Shown: positions 37,781 through 47,671 of the stretch, one piece after another
Layout of the letters: each line of letters starts with the position of its first letter
How positions within the stretch are numbered: the stretch's first letter is position 1
Assembly: GCA_964634875.1 (NCBI GenBank)
Contig: CAZWKA010000001.1
Span: 37,600 to 101,599 of the forward strand
DNA length: 64,000 nt
DNA from: an uncultured Gammaproteobacteria bacterium
GTDB taxonomy: Bacteria > Patescibacteriota > Patescibacteriia > Magasanikbacterales > GWA2-37-8
Direction of reading: 5' to 3'
Notes under the pieces: model-generated
What the model was told of the DNA's origin: nothing
What the model saw: only the letters and a program-made list of their open reading frames with translations
Databases searched by the model: none
Program-made: the position numbers and the translations under genes

Positions 37781-38380
37781 TTAGGCTCTGAGGCCGTGGC
37801 CGTACTTTTTAATCAAAGGCTCCAGGTTTGGAATACCAAATTCAGCGGCCAGTTTTTCAAACGTAGCAGGTTTATCAGCACCAAATTTTGCACTCTCGGT
37901 TTTGTACCATTCAAATGAATTAAAATAAGGAGCAAATTTTGAATGGAACTTATCAGCGTACATAACCAGTCTTTCTTCGGCTGTTTCGGCAGTATAATCG
38001 GCGGCTGGCAGCGACAGGTGTTGGTCTTGGATATTTTGTTTTGTGAGTCCAAGTCCGGTATGGTGAGAAGCAAAACGCCAGAGTCTTTGGGGCAACTGTT
38101 CAGTTTGTAAAATGTGTTCGCCCAAAATGCCGTGGGTAATATACTGCGAGGGATCTTTTTCTTTTCCCGCGGCATCAAGCAGTGGGTAGACACCAATATC
38201 GTGAAGTAGACAAGCCGCTTTTACGAGCTCAACGTCAACTACAAAACTGCCTTTCGCAATCAGTTGTTCGGCAATCGCCCCTACGATTTGGCAATGGGTA
38301 AATACCGTGGCAAATGCTGCAGGAGAGGAGGCATATTTTTTGTGGAGCATTTCGATTTCGGCGATGGTGGGTAATTGCAT
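37781..38380 (-). CDS. HD-domain phosphohydrolase
   Basis: HC...LLHDIG, HH, YADKFHSK. Confidence 0.85.
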   Translation of the reverse strand: MQLPTIAEIEMLHKKYASSPAAFATVFTHCQIVGAIAEQLIAKGSFVVDVELVKAACLLHDIGVYPLLDAAGKEKDPSQYITHGILGEHILQTEQLPQRLWRFASHHTGLGLTKQNIQDQHLSLPAADYTAETAEERLVMYADKFHSKFAPYFNSFEWYKTESAKFGADKPATFEKLAAEFGIPNLEPLIKKYGHGLRA

Positions 38381-38519
38381 AAAAAGATTTTGAAACTACT
38401 ATATTTCCTTTGTATTAAAAATGCAATACTTAGAATAAAAAAAGAGCCTTCAGCGAAGGCTCTTTTTTACAATGGTTCAGGTGTTTCGGGGCAACCCGAA
38501 ACACCTGAACCGGTTCTTG

Positions 38520-38966
38520 TTAGCAGCGTACGATCTCGACGTTCGCCTTGAGGCGTTGGAGCTCCCGGACGACGTAGCTCTCCCAACTGATCCGGAGACT
38601 CATAAGCTCGCGCTCTTCGGCGCTCGGCTGGTTGATGGTTGGCAGGCCATTCGCTGCGAAGAAGTGGTTGACGGCGATGGTCATCGAGGTAACCGGGAAC
38701 TGCTTCCGGACGTCGGTGTCGATCCAGAGCATGCGACCCTCGCACTCGCCGGTGGTCAGCGCTTCGAGCATCGTGTCGAATGATGCGCTCGGGTAGTGCT
38801 GCTGGATCCAGCGACGCATGCTTGCGATCTTGTTCGTACGGCTCGGATCCATGTTGGCGTCGAAGAACGCCAGGGCCGTTGTAGGTGAGATCTCTTTGCC
38901 GGACGCGATGCGTTTGCAAAAGACACTGAACATGAAGTAGAGGCGTGGTGGCTGCTGCTGAGGCAT
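38520..38966 (-). CDS. Hypothetical ORFan (GC-rich class)
   Basis: GAGGGG SD; promoter TTGACA-17-TATAGT (39060-39088); boxA-like TGTTCTTTAAAAA; long 5' and 3' hairpins. Confidence 0.65.
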   Translation of the reverse strand: MPQQQPPRLYFMFSVFCKRIASGKEISPTTALAFFDANMDPSRTNKIASMRRWIQQHYPSASFDTMLEALTTGECEGRMLWIDTDVRKQFPVTSMTIAVNHFFAANGLPTINQPSAEERELMSLRISWESYVVRELQRLKANVEIVRC

Positions 38967-39107
38967 GTTTCCCCTCTGTGTGTTGGTTAGCCCAATTTTG
39001 GTTATAAAACTGGGCTAACCAACACAATCAAAAAGAGGATAGTTTTTAAAGAACAGTAAACTATAGCCTAAAAGAGGCTATTTGTCAATAGAAGAAGCCT
39101 CAAGCAA

Positions 39108-39731
39108 TCAGGTTCGTGCATTACTTTTTTTCCACTCAATCAATTTTCCTGCCTTGCGTTCCATGCCATCTGCCGGACGGATCAACCGAATATTTTTCTT
39201 TGGCACAAGAGTATGGTGCACTGAGGTGTCGATTGCTGCGGCAATATGAAATAAATCTTCATCCGCTGTTATCCATTGCGTCCCCAGCTTCTTCAAGTTA
39301 AAGGGTTCCGAAAAACTACGCAATACTTTTTTACCATTTGAGTCCAAAAAATATTCATGGAAATACGACAGAGCCAGTTCGCGAAGCGTTTTGTATACCG
39401 GGTCACGAAAACGCAACGATGTATGGTTCGTTTTACTGATCGCTCCCCAATAGCCATTGCGTTTGTAGAGCGCGACGACGTGATCGTCGTCACCTTTGGT
39501 TTTAAGGTCCATAAGGAGCGCTGGTTCGCCGCGCAGCCAGAGCGCTACTGCGGCCACAAGGGCACCCTCCAGGCAGTGCATCTTACCTTCTCGTAAAGTT
39601 CGGCGGGGGGACATGTACGTCTCGCCTTGTTTTTCGTGATTGATTGGAAATGTATCCAAGAAGTCTTGGATTTTTATGGGGCTAGAAAGTTTTTTGAGCG
39701 TCGTAAGCTCGCGCGCGGTAAGGCCGAACAT
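39108..39731 (-). CDS. Conserved hypothetical protein (transglutaminase-like fold possible)
   Basis: HCLEGALVAA, DHVVALY, WGAISKTN, SYFHEY. Confidence 0.65.
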   Translation of the reverse strand: MFGLTARELTTLKKLSSPIKIQDFLDTFPINHEKQGETYMSPRRTLREGKMHCLEGALVAAVALWLRGEPALLMDLKTKGDDDHVVALYKRNGYWGAISKTNHTSLRFRDPVYKTLRELALSYFHEYFLDSNGKKVLRSFSEPFNLKKLGTQWITADEDLFHIAAAIDTSVHHTLVPKKNIRLIRPADGMERKAGKLIEWKKSNART

Positions 39732-39738
39732 GAGGGAA

Positions 39739-40293
39739 CTACGGTTGCTTTTCGAATGTCTGACTAATCAGCGCATAGATATCCTGCGGTATCTCGTCTT
39801 TGCCGGTATCCAGCAGCCATTTTTCCACACTGCGTCCTGGGTCGCTTTTGTAAGCAAGGTGCGGGTTTGGTTTGTCGATATACGATCGGCTGTCGATCAT
39901 GGCCTTGCCATCTTTGTTGTAGGAAAGGATTCCATCAAACACATTTATGGAAACCGGAAAACCCCCCTCGCCCAAAGGCATGTTTTGCTGAAGAGCCGCA
40001 TTCAGACCGTGGTAGCCGAGCGGAATAATCTGTTTCTGCCAGGTTGTATCCTCGAGTAGTTGTATTTTAGTGGTCAGTTCGAGTTCTTCAAAATCGGTTA
40101 ATTGCCAGCAGATATTGTCTGGTCTTCCCGAGTACAGAAGTGCGCAGACGTTCGTGCCAGGCACGGGCGCGGTGTTGGCGCTCAGAGGCATAGCCGCTGG
40201 TTCCGGGGCAATTTTTTGCGGTGAGGCGCAACCGGCACCCAAGCTAAACGTAAGAGCCAGGCCGATAATAAGGGCTGGGTATTTCATAAACAT
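39739..40293 (-). CDS. Hypothetical lipoprotein-like protein
   Basis: Signal ending in LGAGC. Confidence 0.6.
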   Translation of the reverse strand: MFMKYPALIIGLALTFSLGAGCASPQKIAPEPAAMPLSANTAPVPGTNVCALLYSGRPDNICWQLTDFEELELTTKIQLLEDTTWQKQIIPLGYHGLNAALQQNMPLGEGGFPVSINVFDGILSYNKDGKAMIDSRSYIDKPNPHLAYKSDPGRSVEKWLLDTGKDEIPQDIYALISQTFEKQP

Positions 40294-40376
40294 GGTTAAA
40301 AATATATATAGTAGTATGTCTTTTTTTAGAATAAAAAACAAGGCCGAGTAAGCCTTGTTTAAGGGGTAGTGTTCTG

Positions 40377-40760
40377 CTAGTTTGCCTGGAGCACGCTTAA
40401 AATATTTCCAGCCGGGTCTTTGAACCACGCCATGGCCTTGGGTCCTTCTGTTCCTCGGGCAATACCTTTCGCATCGGTTTTGAGATAGGGCAGGTTGTAC
40501 TGTTCCATCGTCACACCTTTGGCTATAAGTTCGTCAACTATTTTTTCTACATCCGTCACTTCAAAATTTAGCACCGTAAAATCCGCTGGTTTATTGGTGG
40601 GGGATTGGTAGATAAACACATGTGTGCCACCCGCCAGGTGGAGTGAAAGTCCTTCGCGGGTTTTTTTGGTGGTAAGGCCGAGGGTTTCGCGGTAGAATTT
40701 TTCGGCTGAGTTGATGTCGGGAACGGAGAAGCTTGCGAAAGCGGGGGAGGGGGTAAGCAT
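40377..40760 (-). CDS. VOC/glyoxalase family protein
   Basis: FYRETLGL, LNFEV, AWFKDPAGNIL. Confidence 0.88.
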   Translation of the reverse strand: MLTPSPAFASFSVPDINSAEKFYRETLGLTTKKTREGLSLHLAGGTHVFIYQSPTNKPADFTVLNFEVTDVEKIVDELIAKGVTMEQYNLPYLKTDAKGIARGTEGPKAMAWFKDPAGNILSVLQAN

Positions 40761-40770
40761 AAAGTTTTGA

Positions 40771-41262
40771 TTAAAATATAAGTTGGTTGCCGCGAAGTAA
40801 TGAAAAACCTTTCTTAATATTTTGAATTTCCGGATCATCACTCACTCGCTGTTCACCCATTACTTTGAGAGTTTCAACTTCGGAAAACCAACCCGCTTCC
40901 GAATGATCGTTTGTGTTAAGTTTTACATTTTCAACCGAACCTTCAAACTGTACAAAATAAAGTACCTCTATAGAATGGGAGCCTTTGGTTTCGTTAGTGT
41001 AGGTGAACGCTGCAAAAGGATCTCCGACGTTTACGGTCATTCCAAGTTCTTCCTTAATTTCACGCTTAAGTCCGCCAATAATATCTTCGCCGTATTCGAT
41101 ATGCCCGCCCGGCAGTTCATACACCCCCGGTAGAAATTTTTTCGTAGCAGCACGCTTCGGTAGAAATACCTTTTTTACGCCATCAAAAGTATGGTGGATA
41201 AAAGCGCAGGCAGTGATTACTTGTTGATTAGTCAGAGGTGTTTCGCTGTTGTGGTTGGCCAT
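40771..41262 (-). CDS. NUDIX hydrolase
   Basis: ELPGGHIEYGE...REIKEELG Nudix box. Confidence 0.9.
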   Translation of the reverse strand: MANHNSETPLTNQQVITACAFIHHTFDGVKKVFLPKRAATKKFLPGVYELPGGHIEYGEDIIGGLKREIKEELGMTVNVGDPFAAFTYTNETKGSHSIEVLYFVQFEGSVENVKLNTNDHSEAGWFSEVETLKVMGEQRVSDDPEIQNIKKGFSLLRGNQLIF

Positions 41263-41379
41263 AGGCTAGGTTCTTTAAGACTATATAGATTTTTAATATA
41301 GGATAACCTTATCCTATATTCCTAAAAGTATCAATTAAAAAATGGCTTTGAAAGCCATTTTTTAATTGTAAGGGTTGCT

Positions 41380-41796
41380 TTATTTTTTATCGTAATTTAG
41401 CATCCACGGCATTCCAAATTTATCCATCAGCATCCCAAACGTCGCGCCCCAAAACTGCGTGGCGAGCGGCATGGTTACCGTGCCACCTTCGGAGAGCTTG
41501 GCAAAGCAGGTGTTAATTTCTTCTTCGCTGGTGCAGTTGAGCGAGAGAGTAACGTGGGTGCCTTTGATCGGTTCATAGTCCTTGTTCATCATGTCTGAAG
41601 CCATAAGGAGGGTCTGGCCGTCCTTACTGAGGCTCGCATGCATAATCATGTCGTGCATTTCGGCAGGCATAGTGTCTTTCATTGGTGACTCGCCAACGGT
41701 TTGCAGTGTGAGCTCGGCGCCGAGGGCTGCTTTGTAAAATTCCATGGCTTCCCGACAGTTTGTTGTGAAGCCGAGGTAGGGGTTGATAGTGAGCAT
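41380..41796 (-). CDS. VOC family protein (PhnB-like)
   Basis: INPYL, IMHASL, FWGATFGMLMDKFGMPW. Confidence 0.88.
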   Translation of the reverse strand: MLTINPYLGFTTNCREAMEFYKAALGAELTLQTVGESPMKDTMPAEMHDMIMHASLSKDGQTLLMASDMMNKDYEPIKGTHVTLSLNCTSEEEINTCFAKLSEGGTVTMPLATQFWGATFGMLMDKFGMPWMLNYDKK

Positions 41797-41874
41797 GGTA
41801 CTTTAGTTATATGAATTAGCGGGTAAAGTTTGTCATTCCTACCGAGGCGGGTTCGCTCGGAATGACAGCTTAAT

Positions 41875-42258
41875 TTAACCAAGCACTGGAGTTCCAATAC
41901 TTTTTTTAGAGAGCGAGTACGACATCAAGACCAGTCCCAAGAAAATAAGGGGCAAGACCACGTTAAACACTGGCCCACCAACAAATATCCATGACACTGC
42001 TGCGCCAATAAGATTGATCGCAAACCCAGCGTAAGCCCATTCTTTAAGTGTGGGGTATTTTGGTTGCAAAAGCCCGATAACGCCGAGAAGCTTGCTGACG
42101 CCCACAATAGTTAACAGATACATCGGGTACCCTAAGAGACGCATGCTTTCTTTACCCGCTTCCACCTGGGTAATGCCGCCAATTCCGTCAAAGATGAAGA
42201 AGGCACACAAGAGGCCGGTAATAGTCCAATACATTATTTTTCTTGTTTTGGGTTGCAT
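41875..42258 (-). CDS. DoxX-like family membrane protein
   Basis: LGYPMY, KLLG, LKEWAYAG. Confidence 0.85.
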   Translation of the reverse strand: MQPKTRKIMYWTITGLLCAFFIFDGIGGITQVEAGKESMRLLGYPMYLLTIVGVSKLLGVIGLLQPKYPTLKEWAYAGFAINLIGAAVSWIFVGGPVFNVVLPLIFLGLVLMSYSLSKKSIGTPVLG

Positions 42259-42267
42259 AGGAATGCT

Positions 42268-42651
42268 TTACATTGAAGAAGAGGGTGCGGTGGCGTGTAC
42301 TTTGCGGTGGAGGAGGTACGAAACGGTCAACATGATAAGCGGAACAAGTGGTGCCAGCCAACCCTGTGGTCCGTCGCCAACTGCGAGGTGGGAGATGAGC
42401 GCGCCAATTAAATCAAATGCAATGCCTGCGTATGCCCATTCGCGTAGGGCCGGGAACTTTGGTTGCCACACACCAATCACGCCAAGAATTTTGGCCCAGC
42501 CAACGATGTAGAGAAGGTAGATGGGGTATCCTAAGTGGATCATCATATCTCGGGCTGCCGGTACAGCGAGGATATCAAACACAGAACCAAAGGCAATAAA
42601 AGCCGTAAAGAGGACTGTGACAACGTAGTACGCGATTTTGGTTTTTTTCAT
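42268..42651 (-). CDS. DoxX-like family membrane protein (tandem paralog)
   Basis: LGYPIY, KILG, LREWAYAG. Confidence 0.85.
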   Translation of the reverse strand: MKKTKIAYYVVTVLFTAFIAFGSVFDILAVPAARDMMIHLGYPIYLLYIVGWAKILGVIGVWQPKFPALREWAYAGIAFDLIGALISHLAVGDGPQGWLAPLVPLIMLTVSYLLHRKVHATAPSSSM

Positions 42652-42679
42652 ACGCAAAGCGTAGATAATTAAGAATAAG

Positions 42680-43042
42680 TTATATACTTATAAAGGGAGC
42701 GAAACCGCCGTAGTACATTTTTTTCATATCAAAGAGGGGCGCTGATTGTTCCATCATTTTATCCATCGCTGGGTCGGTGAACATTTTTTTATTTACCTCA
42801 TCGCGGTGTTTGCGGGATTTGAATTCTGCCATAGCCGTAATGATGATTTCATTTGATTTGACGTTGACCAGTTTTTTGTACGACGGACAACCTTTGATAG
42901 TAAGATCATCGCCTTGAAATTCGCGGTACGCAAGCCCGCCGTGTTTTTTGAAGAGTTTGGCAAATACCGCGGCTTGTTTACGATACTCGGTCAAGTTTTT
43001 CTTGGGAAGCGTTAGAAGGTACATGTCGACATAGCCTTTCAT
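42680..43042 (-). CDS. DUF1428 family protein
   Basis: YVD, KSRKHRDEVNKK, FDMKKMYYGGF. Confidence 0.82.
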   Translation of the reverse strand: MKGYVDMYLLTLPKKNLTEYRKQAAVFAKLFKKHGGLAYREFQGDDLTIKGCPSYKKLVNVKSNEIIITAMAEFKSRKHRDEVNKKMFTDPAMDKMMEQSAPLFDMKKMYYGGFAPFISI

Positions 43043-43071
43043 ACTGATACGCATTAATAATAATTCGCGTA

Positions 43072-43545
43072 TTATGACATTTTTTCCATACATTCCGCAA
43101 GGCGTTCCCAGCTTTCCACCGCTCCGCCTTCCATGCCCGAAGCAACCATGCCGTCCAAGTCTTCGACACTCGCATATTCAGCTGTGCTTGTTACCTTGGT
43201 CTTGTCACCCAGGTCTTCAAACACGGCGGTCTCCACGAGAATATGCCCGGCCATCAGTTCGAATTCAAAGGTATTACAAATTCTTTCTGGCGGTGTTACT
43301 TCTTTGTAAACGCCATTAAAGGCAAACTCGTTACCATTTTCGTCGCGTTGGATAAAACGCCACGTGCCGCCGACGCGTACATCCATACTTTCAACGGTTG
43401 TAGTTAGATTCCGCGGTCCCCACCATTTGGGGAGGGTTGCCGGGTCAGTGAAAACTTTAAATACTTTTTCACGTGGTGCATTAAAGATACGTTCAATGAC
43501 GACCTTGAGTTCATCGCGTTTAACGGTAAAAGTTGTCTGAGGCAT
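43072..43545 (-). CDS. SRPBCC/AHSA1 domain protein
   Basis: IERIFNAPREKVF, WWGP, DVRVGG. Confidence 0.88.
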   Translation of the reverse strand: MPQTTFTVKRDELKVVIERIFNAPREKVFKVFTDPATLPKWWGPRNLTTTVESMDVRVGGTWRFIQRDENGNEFAFNGVYKEVTPPERICNTFEFELMAGHILVETAVFEDLGDKTKVTSTAEYASVEDLDGMVASGMEGGAVESWERLAECMEKMS

Positions 43546-43559
43546 AGAGGCAGGGTTAT

Positions 43560-44042
43560 TTATAATGAAGTGTCCATTTTATCAAACGATTGATTCCAGC
43601 CCTCAGTCATTTGATTCTGCAACTCCCCAGCAGGCATACCAACATGACGCAGGATCATTTTGGTTTTGTCGCCCAGGTCTTCGAATGTTATGGTTACTTC
43701 CATTTCGAGTGGATGAGCGGGCATGCCGTATGCTTCAGCTGATACGATATTCCCGTCTTTGTCGGCAAAGCTGTCAGTACAAACAATTTTTTGCATTGGT
43801 ATAATTTCTTTATATGTACCGGTACTCCAAAAATCTTTGCCCACCATTTCCGCCGGTAAACCTTCTTCGGCACGCATGCAAAAAAGGTATGTACCACCAA
43901 CACGAAAATCAATCTTCATGACTGGTGCGCTAAAGTTTTTTGGTCCCCACCATTTCTTGGCTTGTTCCGGCTGGGTCCAGGCAGCCCAGACACGGGCGAT
44001 TGGTGCGTTGAAAATGCGTTCAATAACAACTTCGTTGTTCAT
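43560..44042 (-). CDS. SRPBCC/AHSA1 domain protein
   Basis: IERIFNAP, WWGPK, DFRVGG, GWNQSFDK. Confidence 0.88.
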   Translation of the reverse strand: MNNEVVIERIFNAPIARVWAAWTQPEQAKKWWGPKNFSAPVMKIDFRVGGTYLFCMRAEEGLPAEMVGKDFWSTGTYKEIIPMQKIVCTDSFADKDGNIVSAEAYGMPAHPLEMEVTITFEDLGDKTKMILRHVGMPAGELQNQMTEGWNQSFDKMDTSL

Positions 44043-44079
44043 ATGTTTGTGTGTTACATGAGTAAAAATTAGATCTTTT

Positions 44080-44415
44080 TTATTTTTCTTTCCCTTCAGT
44101 AGCTAAATACACTTCCAAAGCATCGAACCGGTCATTCCACAGTTTCTCGTAGTGCCGCAAAAATTGGTTTGCCTCTTTAAGCGCGGCGGGGGAAAGTTTC
44201 ACCATCTGTTGTTTACCGATACGGCGCTTGGTAATGAGCTGAGCCTTTTCCATGAACTTTAAATGTTTTGAGATGGCGGCGTACGTTAACTTGTAGAACT
44301 TCGCAATCTCGCCAACTGTCAGTTCGGCCTTTTCCAGGTGCCGTAAGATATCCCTCCGGGTAGGGTCGGCAAGGCAGCTGAAAATGGAATTAAGGCGAAG
44401 AGTATATTCAACCAT
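44080..44415 (-). CDS. ArsR/SmtB family transcriptional regulator
   Basis: LADPTRRDIL, AISKHLK. Confidence 0.9.
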   Translation of the reverse strand: MVEYTLRLNSIFSCLADPTRRDILRHLEKAELTVGEIAKFYKLTYAAISKHLKFMEKAQLITKRRIGKQQMVKLSPAALKEANQFLRHYEKLWNDRFDALEVYLATEGKEK

Positions 44416-44425
44416 ATAGTTGAAT
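44406..44425. promoter_or_regulatory. Putative ArsR operator overlapping its start codon
   Basis: Palindrome ATTCAAC-CATATA-GTTGAAT. Confidence 0.65.
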
Positions 44426-44471
44426 GATACTGTAAAAAGAAACCCGGGTCAAGCCCGGGCTTATCCACACC

Positions 44472-44720
44472 TTATTTTTTCCACCGTGGTGCAAAGCGTA
44501 TGCACCAAGCAAAAAATTTGGCTTTCAGCTTGTTCATCCCGCCATGGATCATGTTCTCGTAGCACACTTTTTGAAATTCTGTGACGTCGGTACCTTTGTA
44601 ACAGAGTTCGCCATTTTTAAAACAGAGGCTGCAGTATTTGTCTGACTCGCGCTTGCCTGGATCGTTGCTAAAGGGCATGAGGCAGCTTTCGCATTTGGTG
44701 GTGCAGGTTTGGTTTTCCAT
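44472..44720 (-). CDS. Putative zinc-ribbon domain protein
   Basis: CESCLMP...YCSLCFKNG, PRWK. Confidence 0.75.
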   Translation of the reverse strand: MENQTCTTKCESCLMPFSNDPGKRESDKYCSLCFKNGELCYKGTDVTEFQKVCYENMIHGGMNKLKAKFFAWCIRFAPRWKK

Positions 44721-44750
44721 AGGTAGTAAGAGAATTTATATAAAAATATG

Positions 44751-45446
44751 TTACGTGCTATACATGGATTTTGGATAATTTTTCATATATACCTTCGGAC
44801 TCTTGAGTTGCCGTAGGGCGTCGTTGCCGATCCATCGGGCGCTCGGATGTTTTAGCGTGCTTAGTTCCTCGGCCAAAGCGCAGGCTAGTTTGAATAAATC
44901 TTTGTTGCGTTTGCCGATTTGCCTAAGTGCCCAGTTAACACTTTTCATCACGTAGGTTCTTTCGTCAGTGGCGTGTTTTTTTATGACCTGAAAAAACTTC
45001 TCGAATACTTCGTTACCAGCTTCTTTGTTCGTAAACGAATATTGCACCATGCACACAAAGCCAGCACGTTTGTGGAACTCCGCTTTTTTCTTGCTCCACT
45101 CCAAGGCCTTGGTAGTAGTAAAGGCGCTTTTCCCAAACAAGTTCATACAAAAAGTATCACAAATTTCCCAATTTTCAAATGTCTTCGCCCAGGTGTCCAT
45201 CAGGCGTGCAGTCAGATTTTTTGGGTTAAACAGCATGCTGGCGAGAAGGCGCGCTTCGTAGACATCGGTGTCAAAGAGTTCGATTGCCAGCGCGTCATTT
45301 TCACCAATTTTCTTGGCATACTTCCGAAGGTCGGTCAGAAATATACCATGAGAATTTTTGGCGGTGATGGCAAAGCCTTCTTTAATTTTTTTCACTTTAG
45401 GGCTGCCCATGTTCTTGAGCCGCGCCAAAATCTGTTGTGTGGTCAT
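44751..45446 (-). CDS. DNA alkylation repair protein (AlkD-like)
   Basis: YEARLLA, NWEICD, DERTYVMKSVNWALRQIGKRN. Confidence 0.85.
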   Translation of the reverse strand: MTTQQILARLKNMGSPKVKKIKEGFAITAKNSHGIFLTDLRKYAKKIGENDALAIELFDTDVYEARLLASMLFNPKNLTARLMDTWAKTFENWEICDTFCMNLFGKSAFTTTKALEWSKKKAEFHKRAGFVCMVQYSFTNKEAGNEVFEKFFQVIKKHATDERTYVMKSVNWALRQIGKRNKDLFKLACALAEELSTLKHPSARWIGNDALRQLKSPKVYMKNYPKSMYST

Positions 45447-45449
45447 ACC

Positions 45450-45854
45450 TTAGACTGTCTGTAATTCATACATTTGGATCAAATTTCCGCATGTATCATC
45501 AAAAATAGCCACGGTCGTTGGCCCACTTGCGGTGGGCGTTTTCGTAAAGATAACGCCCATCCCTTTTAGTCGTTCATACTCGCCGGCAATATTTTCAACT
45601 GCAAAAGCAGTGTAGGGAATACCTTTTTCAACGAGTGTTTTTTTGAAATTCTGTGCCGCCCCTTGCAGTGTTGGATTCCAGTCTGGTTCGAGGACAAGTT
45701 GTGGGCCGTTGGGGTCGCTTGGCGACACGACCGTCAGCCAGCGGGCGTCACCCATGGGTATATCCATCTTTTTAACAAAACGAAGTTTTTCCGTATAGAA
45801 TTCCAAAGCTTTTTGTTGATCGTCGACGAGAATGCTGGTAAGGGTGATTTTCAT
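45450..45854 (-). CDS. VOC/glyoxalase family protein
   Basis: VDDQQKALEFYTEKL, RWLTV, FDDTCGNLIQ. Confidence 0.9.
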   Translation of the reverse strand: MKITLTSILVDDQQKALEFYTEKLRFVKKMDIPMGDARWLTVVSPSDPNGPQLVLEPDWNPTLQGAAQNFKKTLVEKGIPYTAFAVENIAGEYERLKGMGVIFTKTPTASGPTTVAIFDDTCGNLIQMYELQTV

Positions 45855-45982
45855 AACAGACAAAGTTTAAATAGTTTAGTGTGTATATGTATAGCATAGG
45901 ATGGTGCTAGTGCAAAGCCGTGTTCATTGACAAAGAGAAAAGGGTATGGTTTGGTGGAGAAAACTCCAGCGTGAGGATTCCA

Positions 45983-46426
45983 ATGCCAGCAAGCCAAGTA
46001 CAGTCCGCCCCAACTGCTGATTCCGCTCCTGCACGTGAGCGGCGGCGCGTGCTCGTGCGCTCCCTCAACCGAGCCTTTGACGCCCTCCAGATCGGCAAGC
46101 TCACCGAGCAGGATCTGGTGGATGCCTGGTTCTTGGTGGAGGAGGATGAGGACGTCAGCTTCTATGGAAACTACTACCTCACCGGCCAATGGCCTTCGGT
46201 GCGCCATCGGGTCAACGCCCATATCCTTCGCCGGGCCCTCGTTCGCGCCAACCAGGACGGGCGAGTGGTTTGGAAGAATACCAGAGAAAATTTGGCCGAT
46301 AAATTCAACGAGCTCCTCATCAAGAACGGCTGCGCGTCGCTTCCTCCCCGCTCCGGGTTTCAGCAGGCACTGGCTATGTCAGCCTTGGTACTTAGGTGTG
46401 GTGTTGCTCTGAGGCTCATCAGCTAG
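45983..46426 (+). CDS. Hypothetical ORFan (GC-rich class)
   Basis: GAGG SD before ATG 45983; TTGACA upstream; downstream hairpin with U-tract. Confidence 0.55.
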   Translation: MPASQVQSAPTADSAPARERRRVLVRSLNRAFDALQIGKLTEQDLVDAWFLVEEDEDVSFYGNYYLTGQWPSVRHRVNAHILRRALVRANQDGRVVWKNTRENLADKFNELLIKNGCASLPPRSGFQQALAMSALVLRCGVALRLIS

Positions 46427-46542
46427 TATCGCCTGCGACCGATACCGACCACCTACAACACATTCCATCAAAACCAGCTCTCCTTCCTGTGGGCATAGGA
46501 CACTACGTGCCTAAAGGAAGAGCTGGTTTTTTTGTTGGCAGC

Positions 46543-47553
46543 TTATTTGAGTAAACCGGTAATTTTTTTAATATAGTGCCGCCATTTAAACAGTTTAAAT
46601 TCAGCTAGTACCAAGGTTGCAGCCAAAATGATGTCCACAAAAGCCAGTGATCCCCGGGCGCGTGGAGCAGAGGAAGTCTGAGGTAGGCCGACGTACTCAG
46701 CATATTTTTTTGGTTTCGGCAGGCCGTGGCGTTCTTCGGTGTACGCTTTGGTAAATTCGACACCAAAAAACATGATTTGGGCGGAGTAATTAACCCAGAC
46801 GAGCAACACAATCAATGATCCGGCAACGCCGTAAGCGGAAGTAAAGTTTCGTTGTCCCAAGTACCAGCCCAGCAAGCTTTTGCCGGCGGTAAAAAAGAAG
46901 GCGGTAAGCACGGCGCCTACGATAATGTGTCGCCAGTCCAGGTGGACATCGGGCAAATATTTAAAAAGTAAAGCAAAAAGTGCGGTTGTTACCACGAGCG
47001 ACACCGCAAGGTCGAGTAGTGGTAAAAGCGTAGTGAGCCAGGTAAGGTTAGTCGAAGCGATTTCAATAAAAAAACTGACCCCAGCGGAAAGCACGAGTGA
47101 CACCATAAGCAAGAACCCAATGGCTAAGATGAGGCCGAATGAAAAAATTCTTTTTAAAATTGTCGCCACCAGGTGCCCCTTTTCTTTTTTAAGCGAAACT
47201 TTCCAAATAGAATTAAACGCATTTTGAAGGGCAACTAAGAGTCCTGTCGCGCCGATAATGAGGACAAGAATGCCAACAGCCGTTGCTGCGAACGAGCGAG
47301 GGCTTTGCTCGGCTGCGCTGAGCATGGTACTGATTGCCTCCGCGCCTTCAGCGCCGACCATAGTTCCAGCCTGCTCGATGATACGTGTTTGGACAGTTGC
47401 TGAATCAAAGAAAAAACCGGCTAGGCTAATAATAATCACCAAGAGAGGGGCGAGTGAGAAAATTGTATAGTATGCAGTTGCAGCGGCGAGTTGAGGTGCT
47501 TTGTCGTTTTTCCAAGCCGTGAAGCTGGTCTTAAAAAGCGAGAGATACTGCAT
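46543..47553 (-). CDS. YihY/virulence factor BrkB family membrane protein
   Basis: AAATAYYTIFSLAPL, FKYLPD, YGVAGSLIVLLVWVNYSAQI. Confidence 0.9.
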   Translation of the reverse strand: MQYLSLFKTSFTAWKNDKAPQLAAATAYYTIFSLAPLLVIIISLAGFFFDSATVQTRIIEQAGTMVGAEGAEAISTMLSAAEQSPRSFAATAVGILVLIIGATGLLVALQNAFNSIWKVSLKKEKGHLVATILKRIFSFGLILAIGFLLMVSLVLSAGVSFFIEIASTNLTWLTTLLPLLDLAVSLVVTTALFALLFKYLPDVHLDWRHIIVGAVLTAFFFTAGKSLLGWYLGQRNFTSAYGVAGSLIVLLVWVNYSAQIMFFGVEFTKAYTEERHGLPKPKKYAEYVGLPQTSSAPRARGSLAFVDIILAATLVLAEFKLFKWRHYIKKITGLLK

Positions 47554-47671
47554 AGTGTAACGTTAGAGGTAACTACATACTTACTGTAGCGCGCTGAGGC
47601 GCGGTTGTCGAATGGTAATAAAAAACCAACGCTTTGCATCGCGTTGGTTTTAGGTATTGATGCTACTTTCG

